Source: Hormiphora californensis (Eukaryota > Animalia > Ctenophora). Taken from it: DNA of 64,000 nucleotides. Position 1 is the stretch's first letter. Each line of letters begins with the position of its first letter. Positions 27,781-41,147 of this stretch are shown piece by piece. The translations under genes and the position numbers were made by a program. The notes under the pieces are model-generated. The model had not been told where the DNA came from, did not search any database, and saw only the letters and a list, made by a program, of their open reading frames with translations. The DNA lies in NCBI GenBank assembly GCA_020137815.1, contig CM035361.1:372001-436000 (forward strand), in the 5' to 3' direction.

Positions 27781-27886
27781 TGCGTGGCACATTGGCACGT
27801 GCATCTTGGGCGCTGGCAGGCTTCTATATGTTGCAACATGTGAAAGCCTGCCAGCGCCCAAGATACACGTGCCAATGCGCCACGCA
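27781..27886. repeat. About 105-bp imperfect palindrome within a TGCACGTGCA-motif repeat
   Basis: TGCGTGGCACATTGGCACGTG ... CACGTGCCAATGCGCCACGCA. Confidence 0.75.
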
Positions 27887-28185
27887 CAGCAGGCGTTCAC
27901 AACAACTGAACGCCTGCTGTGAAGAACCAACCAAACTTTTCAGTGTGATTGAGTTTGGTGCGTCGAAACAATTCTTTCGAAGATCTTGGTGTGATTCCGC
28001 CCTAACTGGGCCATTTCTAAACCAATTTCAAAATTCCTGGGATCGAGCTCTTTCCAAAGAGCTATAAAGGTTCAATATTGCTCAAGAACTCAATTTGCAC
28101 GTGCACGTCCCTACCACCGGTTGAACCCCTCCCAGCCCATCTGAGCCCCTATTAAACTACACGTGCAAATGTTACTTTATTAATA

Positions 28186-29491
<1,306 letters not shown>

Positions 29492-29493
29492 TA

Positions 29494-29792
29494 TCTATAT
29501 TATAATTTGGAGATGTCGCGTGGAAGTGATGGCCGTTCGTTCAGCGGTATCTCCTTCATAAAACACTTTATATGACCAAAGCTGTAAAGCTGTTACTCAC
29601 AGTTTTGGAACTTCCAGTGGAAGTTTATAAATATTTTCAAATGCCTTTTAACATGCCAGTCCCCATAGTTACCAATTCAGTTGCCATGGCAACCGTGTTA
29701 TTGACGTTAAAAGTGGCGAAAAGAACCACTCGGCGAAGCCGGGTGGGTTATCAAACAACCCTTACTTGAGGCGCACCCAATGGGTGCGCTAG
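29494..29792 (+). mobile_element. Short non-autonomous Helitron
   Basis: 5' A|TCTATATTATAA. The 3' hairpin GCGCACCCA-A-TGGGTGCGC ends in CTAG|T. Confidence 0.65.
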
Positions 29793-30180
29793 TCTTACTA
29801 TATAATGCGAAAAGAGGTGAAACTTGATCCCCCCATGAATGTGATGAGGGGCCCGCTTTTTCCCGTCATCAGTTCAGATCACATCACCCCACATGCATGA
29901 TCAGATCACCCCACTGAGGATCACATCACCCCACTGACTACTGAGGATCACATCATCCCACATGCATGATCAGATCACCCCACTGAGGATCACATCACCC
30001 CACCCAAGATCAGATCATCCCATAGAGGATCAGATCACCCCACCCATGATCAGATCACCCCAGTGACTATCAGATCATTCCAGTGAGTATCAGATCCCAC
30101 ATTTCTCCCAGTAGTCCATTGTGCGTGATGAGATTCCCCATATAGAGTGGTAAAATAGACAGAGAAATTGAGATAAAAAT

Positions 30181-30273
<93 letters not shown>

Positions 30274-30400
30274 AGAGAGAGAGAGAGAGACAGAGAGAGA
30301 CAGCGAGAGACAGAGATAGAGAGGTAGGACTAAGAGGAAACTGAGAAGTGAGAGATATGAAAAACGATCCGTAGGATGGCCTGGGTTCACTTATATGTAG
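29793..30400 (+). mobile_element. Helitron-like element with GATCA(C/G)ATCACCCC repeats and (GA)n
   Basis: Starts TCTTACTATATAATGCGAAAA and is homologous to 9430-9811 in inverted orientation. The 3' end is approximate. Confidence 0.6.
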
Positions 30401-33051
30401 TAATTGATAGATATTCACCATTTGTAGCTTTTTGAAAAGAGTTCAGTCTCCAAGATTTTCAAAAATAGATGAGAAATAGCCAAGTTATGACGTAAAATGT
30501 CTCAAAATTGTGCCTAAAAGGTGCTTTTTGACCGAAAAGGGCGCTGTATATGTATCAACGGGAGGAGGGGGATGTATTAGATGGATTTTTAGGACTCCAA
30601 CGGGCTTTCTAGTTTGTATTATATTTTTTGAGAGATTCTAGTCAACTTTAGCAACGTTAGATCTATCTATATACACGTACTAATATGACTACACTCTACA
30701 GAGTGCCTGGGCTTGCCAACGGCCACTCTCACTTTGATATTTGATAATAATTAAATGATATTTGAGATATTATATGACGTAATAAAACAAAGTTTCATGT
30801 ACCTCCAATGGATGAACCCAGTCTACAAATGCATAAGTACGAGTACACGTCACACCAAACTTGAATCCGTTGCAGTCTGACTCATCTTCACAAGTCCTTG
30901 ACTCGCATACTCCATTACATTTATGTTTTTGGGTAGTTCCAAACATGTCACACGGTATTTGGTAATCAAAACTGACTGAAAGTATAGTAGGGGGTTACAC
31001 GGTGTTTTGGTAATCAAACTGACTGTCAGTCAGCTGTACCGGTCTACGCTCCAAATAGCGAGAAAAAAAATTTAATTTTAAAGTTTTCAAATGGCTCTCA
31101 TTCTCTCATTTTACAGATTATAGATCCAAGTTTGGTCTCATTTTGTGTGCCAAACGATGGACCAAATGTGAGATTAGTTTTAATGGCGATCAAACATCAC
31201 ACGCATTTACAGCGGTGTCTGTTTCGGGTGGCGTTGCCTGCACTAAAAATGACTTATTTTTGCGAGCCTAACCGGAAAACGTGCGTTTTGACCCCATAGC
31301 ATGATAAAGTCCGTTTCAAGCGACTTGACCCGTAATTCTTGGAATTTGGCGCATTGCGTGTGTATTTGCAAAGGGGAAATCCTGAATTTCCAGGAGTCTC
31401 AGGTCGAGTCGTTTGAAACGCACTTTAATATCCGCGTAAGTTTCCTTCGGTATTGGGGAGAGACACACTGAGGTTGGTCGTACGCATTCAACTCTCAACC
31501 ACGTGAAACACACTGAAGTTCGAAGTTCGAAGTTTCGCTGTATGGCGGCGCCATAACATTTGATTCTCAAATTGGGCGTGCAACAGTGCGCTCAGATTTT
31601 TTGAGGTTGCCGCGCATGCCGCATTGTTAAGATTTATAAAGATTTATAAAGATTTGTAAAGATTTGTTAAGATTTATTTAGTAAATGCTTTATTCCCACG
31701 CCCCCTCAGGCTTGCTGCCTGCAAGCATATGATTCTCTGAATCCATGTAGACCACCAATCCTCATCCTGGACGCCTAGAGCCATTTTAGTGAATCAACTT
31801 TTTTGGCAGCGCGCACCTGTTAACAGGCCTCCAAACACCTAGATCGTAACGGCGCCCGATATAGGACTCCTTTATCTAAAGTCGAATTTTTTAATCAAGG
31901 GACAGGGGCAGATCTACAAAAGTCGTTTTGCGTGTGCTAAACGTTTTCACTCATAAAGTCCATTTTTTTCAACTGTTCACCCAAAAACTGAAATTTCACC
32001 AAAATTAGAATTTGGGTGGCGTGTGCTATACGTTAACATGTGATAAACGCGCAAAACAATTCCGCGCACGACTTTGGGGGGTGAACAGTTGAAAAAAAAT
32101 GGAGTATATCTCCGGTTCCTGATAAGATAAAGACTTGGTCTTGGTTGCATTGAAAATGTCTTAAAATTATCTTTCCAACGCTTCCAAGTTCAAGTCTTAA
32201 GATTGCCAGGAACTTGATCTCCATTATCACCCGCAAATACAAAGCCGTGCGACCCCTCTGAATGTGCGGCCCCCTATCCCTTGATTAAAAAATTCGACTT
32301 TATACCGAGTCAATTTCACCGTTTTTAAAATTTTTGGTGAATTGGGACATAGAGGGGGAAGACTCACTGAAGTTGGGCGCGCTCGTTCAAATCTCAACCT
32401 CGCGACATAACACACACTGAAGTTCGAAGTTTCGCGAAACCCCATTTTCGGCTGTGAAATCTAATCCGGTATTGATAAAGGACACCTCGAGAGATGTACC
32501 TGTAAATAAACTAGCATCTTACAAATAATTTCTCAGCCGAAAATGGGTTTTCGCGAAACTTTGAACTTTTCCGCGAAACTTCGAACTTCAGTGTGTGTCG
32601 CGAGGTTGAGAGTTGAACGTGCGCAACCAACTTCAGTGTGTCTCCCCCCATATCGACACGCCCCTCGACCAACTCTACTGAAGAAACGAGGCTAGCAAGA
32701 AGCAGTCGTACGGAAAAAGCTACAGAAACCGTTTGCATACCGTTGGAAAGAGAATTTCAAGCCCCATAGAATGGCGAAGGTTTGAAGTCTTTATATCTTT
32801 ATATATTATCTTATCAGGAAAAGGAGTTATGAGCCAAAACATGAAAAGACGATGTTGAAAAACTTTTTCTTGCATGTTTTTTGAAAAACGAATTGGTGTG
32901 GATCGCATTTTTTTGCGCGTACCACACTAGTGTCTCCCACTATAAGTTCTTGTAAGTTCGTTAGGGAACGTGCAAGCGTGACCACTCAATGCGCTATGAT
33001 GTGCTCGTTACGCGGGAAAGTCACGCAACATTTGCATTACCGTATCACGGG

Positions 33052-33467
33052 GGATTACGGGGGCTCGAATAGATCGCCCGTATAGATCGCCCGTACCAGT
33101 CGCCCGTACATTTGCTTTACGTATTACGTTTCATCGCACTTTCACCACAAATAAGGTACATGCGCGTTACACGGTCGCTTGTAGTGGGAAAACGGTAATG
33201 GAAAACGAAGATACAGTAAGACGACGCGCAACCGTGACCAATCAGGGCGCTAGTACGTGCTGACACATGAACTTTTTGCTGCGCGTTATGCACCGTGCGC
33301 GTCTCCTTACTGTATTTTGCGTTACCGTATTTTGACTGCAAGCAGCACTGTTACGCGCATGTATTTCGTTTTGGTGAAAGTGTGGTGAAACGTAATACGC
33401 AAAGCAAATGTACGGGCGACTGGTACGGGCGACTGGTACGGGCGTCTCATCCGGGCCCCCGTAATCC
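33052..33467. mobile_element. Fold-back MITE-like element
   Basis: GGATTACGGGGGC ... GCCCCCGTAATCC with internal CGCCCGTA repeats. No clear TSD. Confidence 0.7.
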
Positions 33468-33645
33468 GCTGCCAATATAAGCTTCACAGTTAGTTGGTCC
33501 CTAATTACCTCCGGATAGGCGATCACGATCATTTTCTTGTTCACACATGTCAATGCCACACACACTTCCATTGTATTTCAAAGTGTAAGAGCTTCTGAAA
33601 ATATCACTGGCGTGTCCACACAACTGATAAAATCCTATATCTTGA

Positions 33646-34032
33646 TTACATCGTATGTCTATGTAGTTTACATCGAAAATCACTGGAATACATCATTGCA
33701 AATGTTTGCTCAGGTGAAGGGACACTTGTAAAGTGGTATAACCACTCCCAACACGGTGAAAATCCGGCAGGTCCACAACCTGAGCTGTACACAAGGATTT
33801 CACGTTGCCCACAGGCCATTTGAATATACCCGTTCACCTCCACAACCTCACAGTTCTCGACGGGGAGAGGAGGCACAGTTGGAGGGGGTGTGATGGTTAT
33901 GGTATCGGTATAATAGGACCGTGACGGGCCGGAGCTAAACCCGGTAGTTAAAGATCCGGTGCCCTCCCAAAGTGGTTCAAGATCCTCCTCCGCTCCTTGG
34001 TTCACACCAAGGAGCAGGAAAAGAAGAATCAT
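33646..34032 (-). CDS. Small secreted Cys-containing protein or 5' part of a frameshifted pseudogene
   Basis: Short signal-like N-terminus (MILLFLLLGVNQG), Thr/Pro linker and a Cys-rich segment. A coding-like Cys-rich frame continues at 33501-33683. Confidence 0.45.
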   Translation of the reverse strand: MILLFLLLGVNQGAEEDLEPLWEGTGSLTTGFSSGPSRSYYTDTITITPPPTVPPLPVENCEVVEVNGYIQMACGQREILVYSSGCGPAGFSPCWEWLYHFTSVPSPEQTFAMMYSSDFRCKLHRHTM

Positions 34033-34334
34033 TCTACGAACTGCATGTTAAAACGGTATACATTAGTAGAGAGAGAGATATGCAATAGAGAGATGTTTTG
34101 TGGTTCTCTGCTCTATCTATTGAAATATTTTTATCGCACTACCAATAATATCGTAATTAGTGAGGCGGTTAACCGGACGAATGGCCAGATTGCGTAACAT
34201 GGCAAGGTAACAAAAGCTCTTTACATGATGCTGAATGCAGCTATAAAACAACAACAAAATGACAAATCCCTTCTATGAATGCCATTTATACAACAATTAT
34301 CTATATTCTATAAAGGCTGAACGAATGTTTCCCT

Positions 34335-34437
34335 CTCGCTCTTTTTCACTCTTTCTCGCTCTTTCTCGCTCTTTCTCGCTCTTTCTCGCTCTTTCTCTCT
34401 GTCTCTCTCTCTCTCTGTCGCTCTCTCTGTCTCTCTG

Positions 34438-34527
<90 letters not shown>
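34335..34527. repeat. (CT)n microsatellite
   Basis: Direct reading. Confidence 0.95.
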
Positions 34528-34529
<2 letters not shown>

Positions 34530-34816
34530 AGTCCCTGTCCTACTCGCTCCCTATCTTTTTACTACTATCTTTTTTGTTTTTCTCTCTCTCACCTGGCCTG
34601 CAGTTTATCTATATACCTTTTTCTCTATCTTTTTTTTTCTTCTCACACACACACACACCTAACTGCCCTCCCTTGAGGCATACAAAAACTTCACGTGGAA
34701 ACGCTTAGGAAAGCACACTTGCTAACGTGGGTTAGCATTTAAATACAAAAATAAGTAAGATTAGGCAACTTTGGCAAGCTCTAAGCTGTAAGAGGTGGAG
34801 AATGTGTCCATTTCAT

Positions 34817-35073
34817 GTCACCACACACCAAAGTTAAAATTTTAAACCCGCACACACCAGCGGCTGTTAAAATTTCTCTCCCCCATTCTAAAAGTAATTT
34901 AATCTCGCGCGCGATTTTGACGGTGTGTTAAAATTTTGTCATCCAACGCGACCGTCAAAATCGTGCGTGAGATTGTTACTTTTAGAATGGGGAGAGAAAT
35001 TTTAACGGCCGCTGACGTGTGCGGGTTTAAAATCAAAATTTTAATTTTAATTTTAACTTTGGTTTGTGGTGAC
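34817..35073. mobile_element. Fold-back MITE
   Basis: GTCACCACACACCAAAGTTAA ... TTAACTTTGGTTTGTGGTGAC with complementary arms. Confidence 0.8.
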
Positions 35074-35310
35074 CCTTAAGGTTGTAATCCGTACCACAAA
35101 AGAGCAGGAGTAAAAGAAAGTGGTCAGCAAGACACATTATATCTCCGCTTAAGTAGTAGACCGAATCAAGAATGTGGGAGCAAATCTACACTAAAGTCCA
35201 GTAAAATGACTTTTGATTTCCGGCATAAGTAAATTATATCTAGAGGCTGAACGTTCATGAACTAAAAGAGCAAATCTGACATCTTCATTAGTGCATACTG
35301 CACACATTAA

Positions 35311-35542
35311 TAAAGGTCCCCCAAAACTACTATGTCCCTTGCTGCGCGCGACCCGATTTTAGACGGCCATAGCTCCACCCCCTGATAAGATAGAGACTTG
35401 AAATTTGTTTTGTACGGAGATCATATCGAGGTCTTCGTACAAAACAAATTTCAAGTCTCTATCTCATCAGGGAGTGGAGTTATGACCGTGGGAAATTTCA
35501 CAAAACCCGAGTGAGGGACATAGTAGTTTGGGGTGTACTTTA
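35311..35542. mobile_element. Fold-back MITE-like element
   Basis: TAAAG..CCCCAAAACTACTATGTCCCT ... AGGGACATAGTAGTTTGGGG..CTTTA, with inner arms GATAGAGACTTGAAATTTGTTTTGTACG and complement. Confidence 0.75.
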
Positions 35543-35849
35543 GTACTACACGGTATAAGATCTACAGTGGATAGATCTTATACCGTGTAGCACTGTTATA
35601 GTAGCACTGTTATAATAGCACTAATGTGTGCAGTGTGCTGTCTGGCGCCGCGACCCCATCTGAGCGCATTGTCTGTTGAGAATCAAATGGGGTATGGCGC
35701 CGCTATACAGACTAGACAGTGCATGTATGTGGACCTCTATTATATTAACAAATGTGGGTTGAAACGTCGGGAGGTACCGAGTTTTAGAATAAGAAAGGGA
35801 AAGGGAAAAAGGAAAATAGTGGAAGATTAGAATGGAAAGAAGGTGGAGG

Positions 35850-36185
35850 ACTTGGGGGAGAGAGAGGAGGGGAGGGGAAAGGGGGGAAAAGGAGGGGGGG
35901 GAGGGGAGGGGGGGTTTTTAAAGGGGGGGGGGGGGGGGGGGGAGGGGGGGTTGAGGGGCGGGAGGGGGGGAGGGGTTGGGTGAGGGCCCTTTGGGGGGGG
36001 GGGGGAGGGAGGGTTGGTTGGGTTTTTTGGATAATGGAGTGTTTGTGGGAGGCTTTAAGGGGGCAAAAGGGGCGGGGGAGGTTTTGGGGTTTTTCCCCGG
36101 GGGCCCGGGGGGGGGAAAAAGGGGGTTTGGGGTTTGTTTTTTAAAAATTTATTGCGGGGGGAAAAAGGAGGGGGAGAAAAGGGAT
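35850..36185. other. G-rich homopolymer-degraded block, probable artefact
   Basis: Runs of G, T and A resembling the 1-1590 block. Confidence 0.6.
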
Positions 36186-36438
36186 CCTCCCCACCCAATA
36201 ACCCAATATATCATATCGTCGAAAGCAGCAGCTTGTTATCAGTCTCTGCATTTCTCTTCCGACCTTGACACGTCTACAGTGTATTGGTATAGTAGTCTCT
36301 ACAGCTTGATTCTGGCAAGTAAACCTTGTTTACAGTCAATCTGTTCGCATGGTTGCATGGAGGATTTGTGTTCCAGTTTTACATTTGTCTAATAGGCAAG
36401 TGGCAATGCCTACTTGCCGCACAAAGCTGGTACCGCGG

Positions 36439-36666
36439 CTTCGCGTGTAGTTTATATAACTGTACAGTGTACAATGTACACTGTAGAGTTATATAAACTA
36501 CACGCGAAGGGAAGTCGGACAGGGCAATTTGATGTCGAAGGAAGAGCAAACAAATATCGGCAAAAAGCTGTGAACATTGTACAGTGTACAATGTTCACAG
36601 CTTTTTGCCGTTTATATTTGTTTGCTCTTCCTTCGACATCAAATTGCCCTGTCCGACTTCCCTTCG
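36439..36666. repeat. Two overlapping hairpins immediately upstream of a gene
   Basis: Palindromes at 36439-36509 and 36505-36666, both centred on TGTACA-containing cores. Confidence 0.85.
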
Positions 36667-36718
36667 GAATTACTCCGGACCCTACATAACGTCTATAAAA
36701 CCACAGCAGCAGTACGCT

Positions 36719-38595
36719 ATGGGAACAGCAAGCAAAGGCACGTGTGGGGAGAGGTGTTTGGGTTGTGTGACAGACAAGGGAAATGTATCGCTTGTTCTGA
36801 GTGTCATCATCGTTACTATGGGTAAATCAATTAGTTCTTACTTGTGCTGTTTATATTATTGGGTGGTGTTTTGTGTTTATATTAACCGAACGGCGAACCC
36901 CCAAAATGTTCCAGTCTATAGATGCATTATACCAGTTAAGATGAATTATTGATACAATTATTCTACTTCAGGTTCCCTCTGTCTCTTCGTCACGGATGTT
37001 ACTAACGTACAATCCCAAGCTGCGGGCCGCTATCTCATGTCTATTGGGCTGTTTGCCTTCTCTGGTGGTCTGACGAACTGGATTGCAATTCAGATGCTGT
37101 TTTATAAGATACCCCTTGTTTATGGCAGTGGGGTTCTACATAATAGGTGGGTGGGTTGTAGATTTACCAGGAAAAGAAGGATTGATATCTGGCTATTTAG
37201 TTCAACTTCCATTTCGAATCAACATCCCCGAGTGCGAAGTTTTGACACACCGCGCTTGAACTGCATGTTTTCAGGTACCCCCCCCCCCCCTCATAATACC
37301 CAATTGCAGGTACAAGAATATTAGGAGGGCCATGAAAGATATGATACTGGGAACTTTCTTTCAGCCGGAATTCCTCAACACCTACATCCCACAGGTACCC
37401 CCATAAAAAAGTCGCTTGGCAAATTCCCTCGTCGCTCGGCAATTGGTTCGGCAACAACAGGTGGTTTGCCGAGCCAGTCGCTCGGCTAATCAAGGAAGTC
37501 GCCGTGTTTTCACCGCGTTCTTACAGAAAAAGTACATTTTTTCAGCACTTTTTTTCAAAATCTCCTGCTGAAAAATACAAAGTGCTGAAAAAATGTGCTT
37601 TTTCTGTAAGAACGCGGTGAAATCACGGAGACTTCCTTGATTAGCCGAGCGACTGGCTCGGCAAACCACCTGTTGTTGCCGAACCAATTGCCGAGCGACG
37701 AGGGAATTTGCCAAGCGACTTTTTTATGGGGGTAGGAAGGTATTCAGCCCCTATTCAAGTACTCTTGAGTATGACTGTAGGTATTATAATCGTGTACTCA
37801 TATTCGTGTAGAATGAAATGAAAACATTAAAATGATGATTCTCACAGAAAATTTTTCAGTATTTTATTGGTCCATGCACGCGGCTAACTCCCTATAACTC
37901 CCTCAGAAACTCCGTGAAGCGGTATCAGAAGCAGATCTAGAGATGAAGATCAATGCCTTTCTAACCAGTGACACAGGGCAGAGAATGATAGATGAGAAGC
38001 TGGACAAAATGGCCAATTCACCTGATGGCAGATTAGCTGAGACCATGGGGGTTAATGTTGGGTAGGTGATATCCAGCGATGACCTACATTATATTATAAT
38101 GATCCTATATTGAACAATCGTATTTTGGTTTTTCGAGGTACGGGAGATTCGTGAATCGTGATGTAATTTATGATGCTAATTAATCCACTCTCCAGGAAGT
38201 TTAAGCCCGTTGTGAAGCCTGTGATAGTTTCATTTTTATCCGACCTGGCCCCCAACTTGGTGAACTATATTCTGGAAAGTAAGACGAGCTCACTGAACCT
38301 GCACAAGCTGAGAGATGAACTGAACAGGTTAGTAACTAATGGAGAGATCTGATTGGCTAATGGAAGTCACCTGAATCTACGACTTGATTGGTTTTTTGAC
38401 TCTCAATTTTCACGCAGATACATGTCTGAGCGAATGCTGGAAGTCACCCCTAAAATGATAAAGGAGATAATGTATGCTGTGGTATTGCAGTACCTGGGCT
38501 GGTTGGTTGTTTGGGGTGTTGTATTTGGAAGTGCTATGGGGGCAATTTGTGAGGCGGCCAGTTTCGCTCCTAACTATACCACTTGGAGGCATTGA
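36719..38595 (+). CDS. DUF445/UPF0754-like membrane protein, six exons
   Basis: Exons 36719-36821, 36972-37146 (FAFSGGLTNWIAIQMLFYKIPLVYGSGV), 37310-37394, 37907-38061, 38196-38327 and 38418-38595 (LGWLVVWGVVFGSAMG). The N- and C-terminal motifs match what I recall for DUF445 proteins. Confidence 0.8.
37398..37732. mobile_element. Fold-back MITE, TA TSD, CCCCCAT termini
   Basis: TA|CCCCCATAAAAAAGTCGC ... GCGACTTTTTTATGGGGG|TA. Confidence 0.9.
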
Positions 38596-38611
38596 GCGTG
38601 GTTATGATATT

Positions 38612-38815
38612 CCCAGTGGGTTAAAACAGCCGTGCCTGAACCTCAGGTTCATGCCACGGCTATTTTCCACTGAGACCTGAGATCTGAGGTTTCAGTGACG
38701 GCTATTCCCTTAAATCTCAGAGAATTATAGCCGTCACTGAAACCTGCTATCTCAGGTCTCAGTGGAAAATAGCCGTGGCCTGAACCTGAGGTTCATGCAC
38801 GACTGTTTTCCCCAA
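38612..38815. mobile_element. Fold-back element in the putative 3' UTR
   Basis: AAAACAGCCGTGCCTGAACCTCAGG ... CCTGAGGTTCATGCACGACTGTTTT. Confidence 0.75.
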
Positions 38816-39573
38816 GTGTTACGGGACATTCTATATTTATTGACGATAATATATTTTGTATACCGATTTTACTTTTGTTAAAATTAGTTGGTTAATATTG
38901 GTTAAATTTAATAAAATAATAGATACAACATAACCTAATCATGCATATTATATTTAGCCTCATATGACACAGATAACTCAGATAATCCAGTCTTTCGATC
39001 CAATAATGTCGAATTAATCCAGCTCCTAAAGACTAAAATTAAATTAGCTAAAATCATCATGTTTGTTAACAACGACCAACTGATAAAACGAACATGAAAA
39101 GTAAAGCATTGTCCCACGCGTTAGCAAACTAACAATCATTTTACAAACGTGCTGGTTTTTACTCTTTCGCCGCGGGTGTCTCCTTGGCCTTTTGCTTTCG
39201 TCTGAACTGTCCCTGAATTTTAGCTGCCGCAGCTTTCACATCGGGGTCATCGAGATCGATATCTGGATAAATAGAACACGATTAAAATCGAAGGAAACAA
39301 TTCCAGGTCGATACCAGCATGTTTTAGAACATAAGCATCATATTATGATATCAACATTGAGTTTTGAAGTCTGTTGACAATCTACAACTATTTCTTACCG
39401 ACTACTTCCTCTTCTTCAGCCTTTGCTGGGGCGGGAACTGCATCGGGTGCTTGGTCAGACATATCAATTCACTAGAGTAACAGGGGAGCAATATAATAAT
39501 GGTGGACGTAAAGCAAATGGTTCTATGTACTCCTTCATAAAATATATCGTACTGCTTTAGATGTACATTGTAC

Positions 39574-41147
39574 CAGGAAACGACCGAACCGGGTTTTTTT
39601 CCACCGAACCGAACCGAACCGAATTTGAAAAACTTTTTTACCGAACCGAACCGAACCGAACCGAACCGAATTTCGGTAACCGAACCGAACCGAACCATAA
39701 AAAACTTTTTCTGTACAAATGTTTCTCTAAAAAGTCATGGAGAGCACCGATCAAGGTATTGAGAATCATTCTCTGAAATTTTGTTAAAAAATGTTTGAAA
39801 AAATTTCAAATTTCAATTTTGTGAAAAAATTTCAAAGTCAATTTTATCGTAAATTTTCTATGTCAATTTTTGCGTACGAATCGTGTTTCGAATCGGCAAT
39901 GCTATACGGGAATGGTATTGCTAATTAGCAGGATTAAACGAACCATGAATCGTGTCTCTCTAAATTTCCTAATTAGATTTGATGGGGGATCACGTATCAG
40001 CACAATCCATCTCGGACCCACTAATTACCAACATCACTCCCGTTTAGCATTGTCGATTAGAAACACGATTCGTATACCATAATTTACTTAAAATATTTTT
40101 CACAAAAAAAAATTTCACAAAATTTCAGGTAATGATTCTCAATACCTTGATCGATGCTCTCCATGAATTTTTAGCGAAACATTTAATTTTGTGAAAAAAC
40201 TTTGTAAAATATTTCAAAGTCAATTTCGGAAAAAAATTATATGTCAATTTTGCCGTACGAATCGTGTTGCGAATCGGTGATGCTATGCGGCAGTGCTCTC
40301 GCTACTGTAAAACTAGATATTTTCGAGGGCATTAATTTTCGCGGATTGGCCTAGAATAGGGCTTCTGGTGGTCCCTGAAGACTTCACCAGCGTACCAGTA
40401 GTGAACTACTCCTTCATCAGCGACTCCTGGTACGCTGGTGAAGTCGTCAGGGCCCTGCAGGGACCACCAGAAGCCAATCTAGGCCAATCCGCGAAAATTA
40501 ATGTCGCGCGAAAATATCTAGTTTTACAGTAATTAGCAGGATTTATTGAAACATTAATCGTTATTCGTTTCCCCTATAAACTTCCTAATTAGATTTGATG
40601 GGGGATCACGTATCAGCATAATCCATCTCGGACCCACTAATTAGCAACATCACTCCCGCTTAGCAATACCGATTCGAAACACGATTCGTACGCAAAAATT
40701 GACATAGAAAATTTTCCATAAAATTGACTTTAAAATATTTTCCAAACTTTTTTACAAAATTTCAGAGAATGATTCTTAACACCTTGATCCATGAATTTAA
40801 AAAAAAAAGTTTCTGAATTTGTTGACCCTCTCATGAGGACACGATTCGACGGGAAGTCAGGTATCAAATCAATCCATATCGAACCCGCTAACTAGCGAAA
40901 TCATTTCCACATAGCACCACGATTCGAAATAGGGTTAATACGGCGAAATTGACATTGAAATCCATACAATTTTCGTGAAATAATTGAAAAATTTTGCATG
41001 AAAAAGCCCGATTTCTGGGCATTTTTTGACCAAAAAATTCGGTGGTTCGGCCAAAATTTCCTATCGAACCGAACCGAACCGAACCGCCCAAAAAACACCG
41101 AATTTCCGAACCGAACCGAACCGAACCGAATATTCGGTCGCTTCCTG
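39574..41147. mobile_element. Non-autonomous hAT DNA transposon, copy 2
   Basis: Same TIRs and body as 23243-24599. 8-bp TSD CATTGTAC (39566-39573 and 41148-41155). Confidence 0.92.
40305..40529. mobile_element. Tc1/mariner-type MITE nested in hAT copy 2
   Basis: TA|CTGTAAAACTAGATATTTT ... AAAATATCTAGTTTTACAG|TA. The empty site CTCGCTAATTAGC is present in copy 1. Confidence 0.92.

Noticed and set aside
29870-30100. Regularly spaced GATCAGATCACCCC repeats resembling a CRISPR array
   Set aside because: The units are degenerate tandem copies of about 20 bp without unique spacers, inside a eukaryotic repeat, and no cas genes are present.
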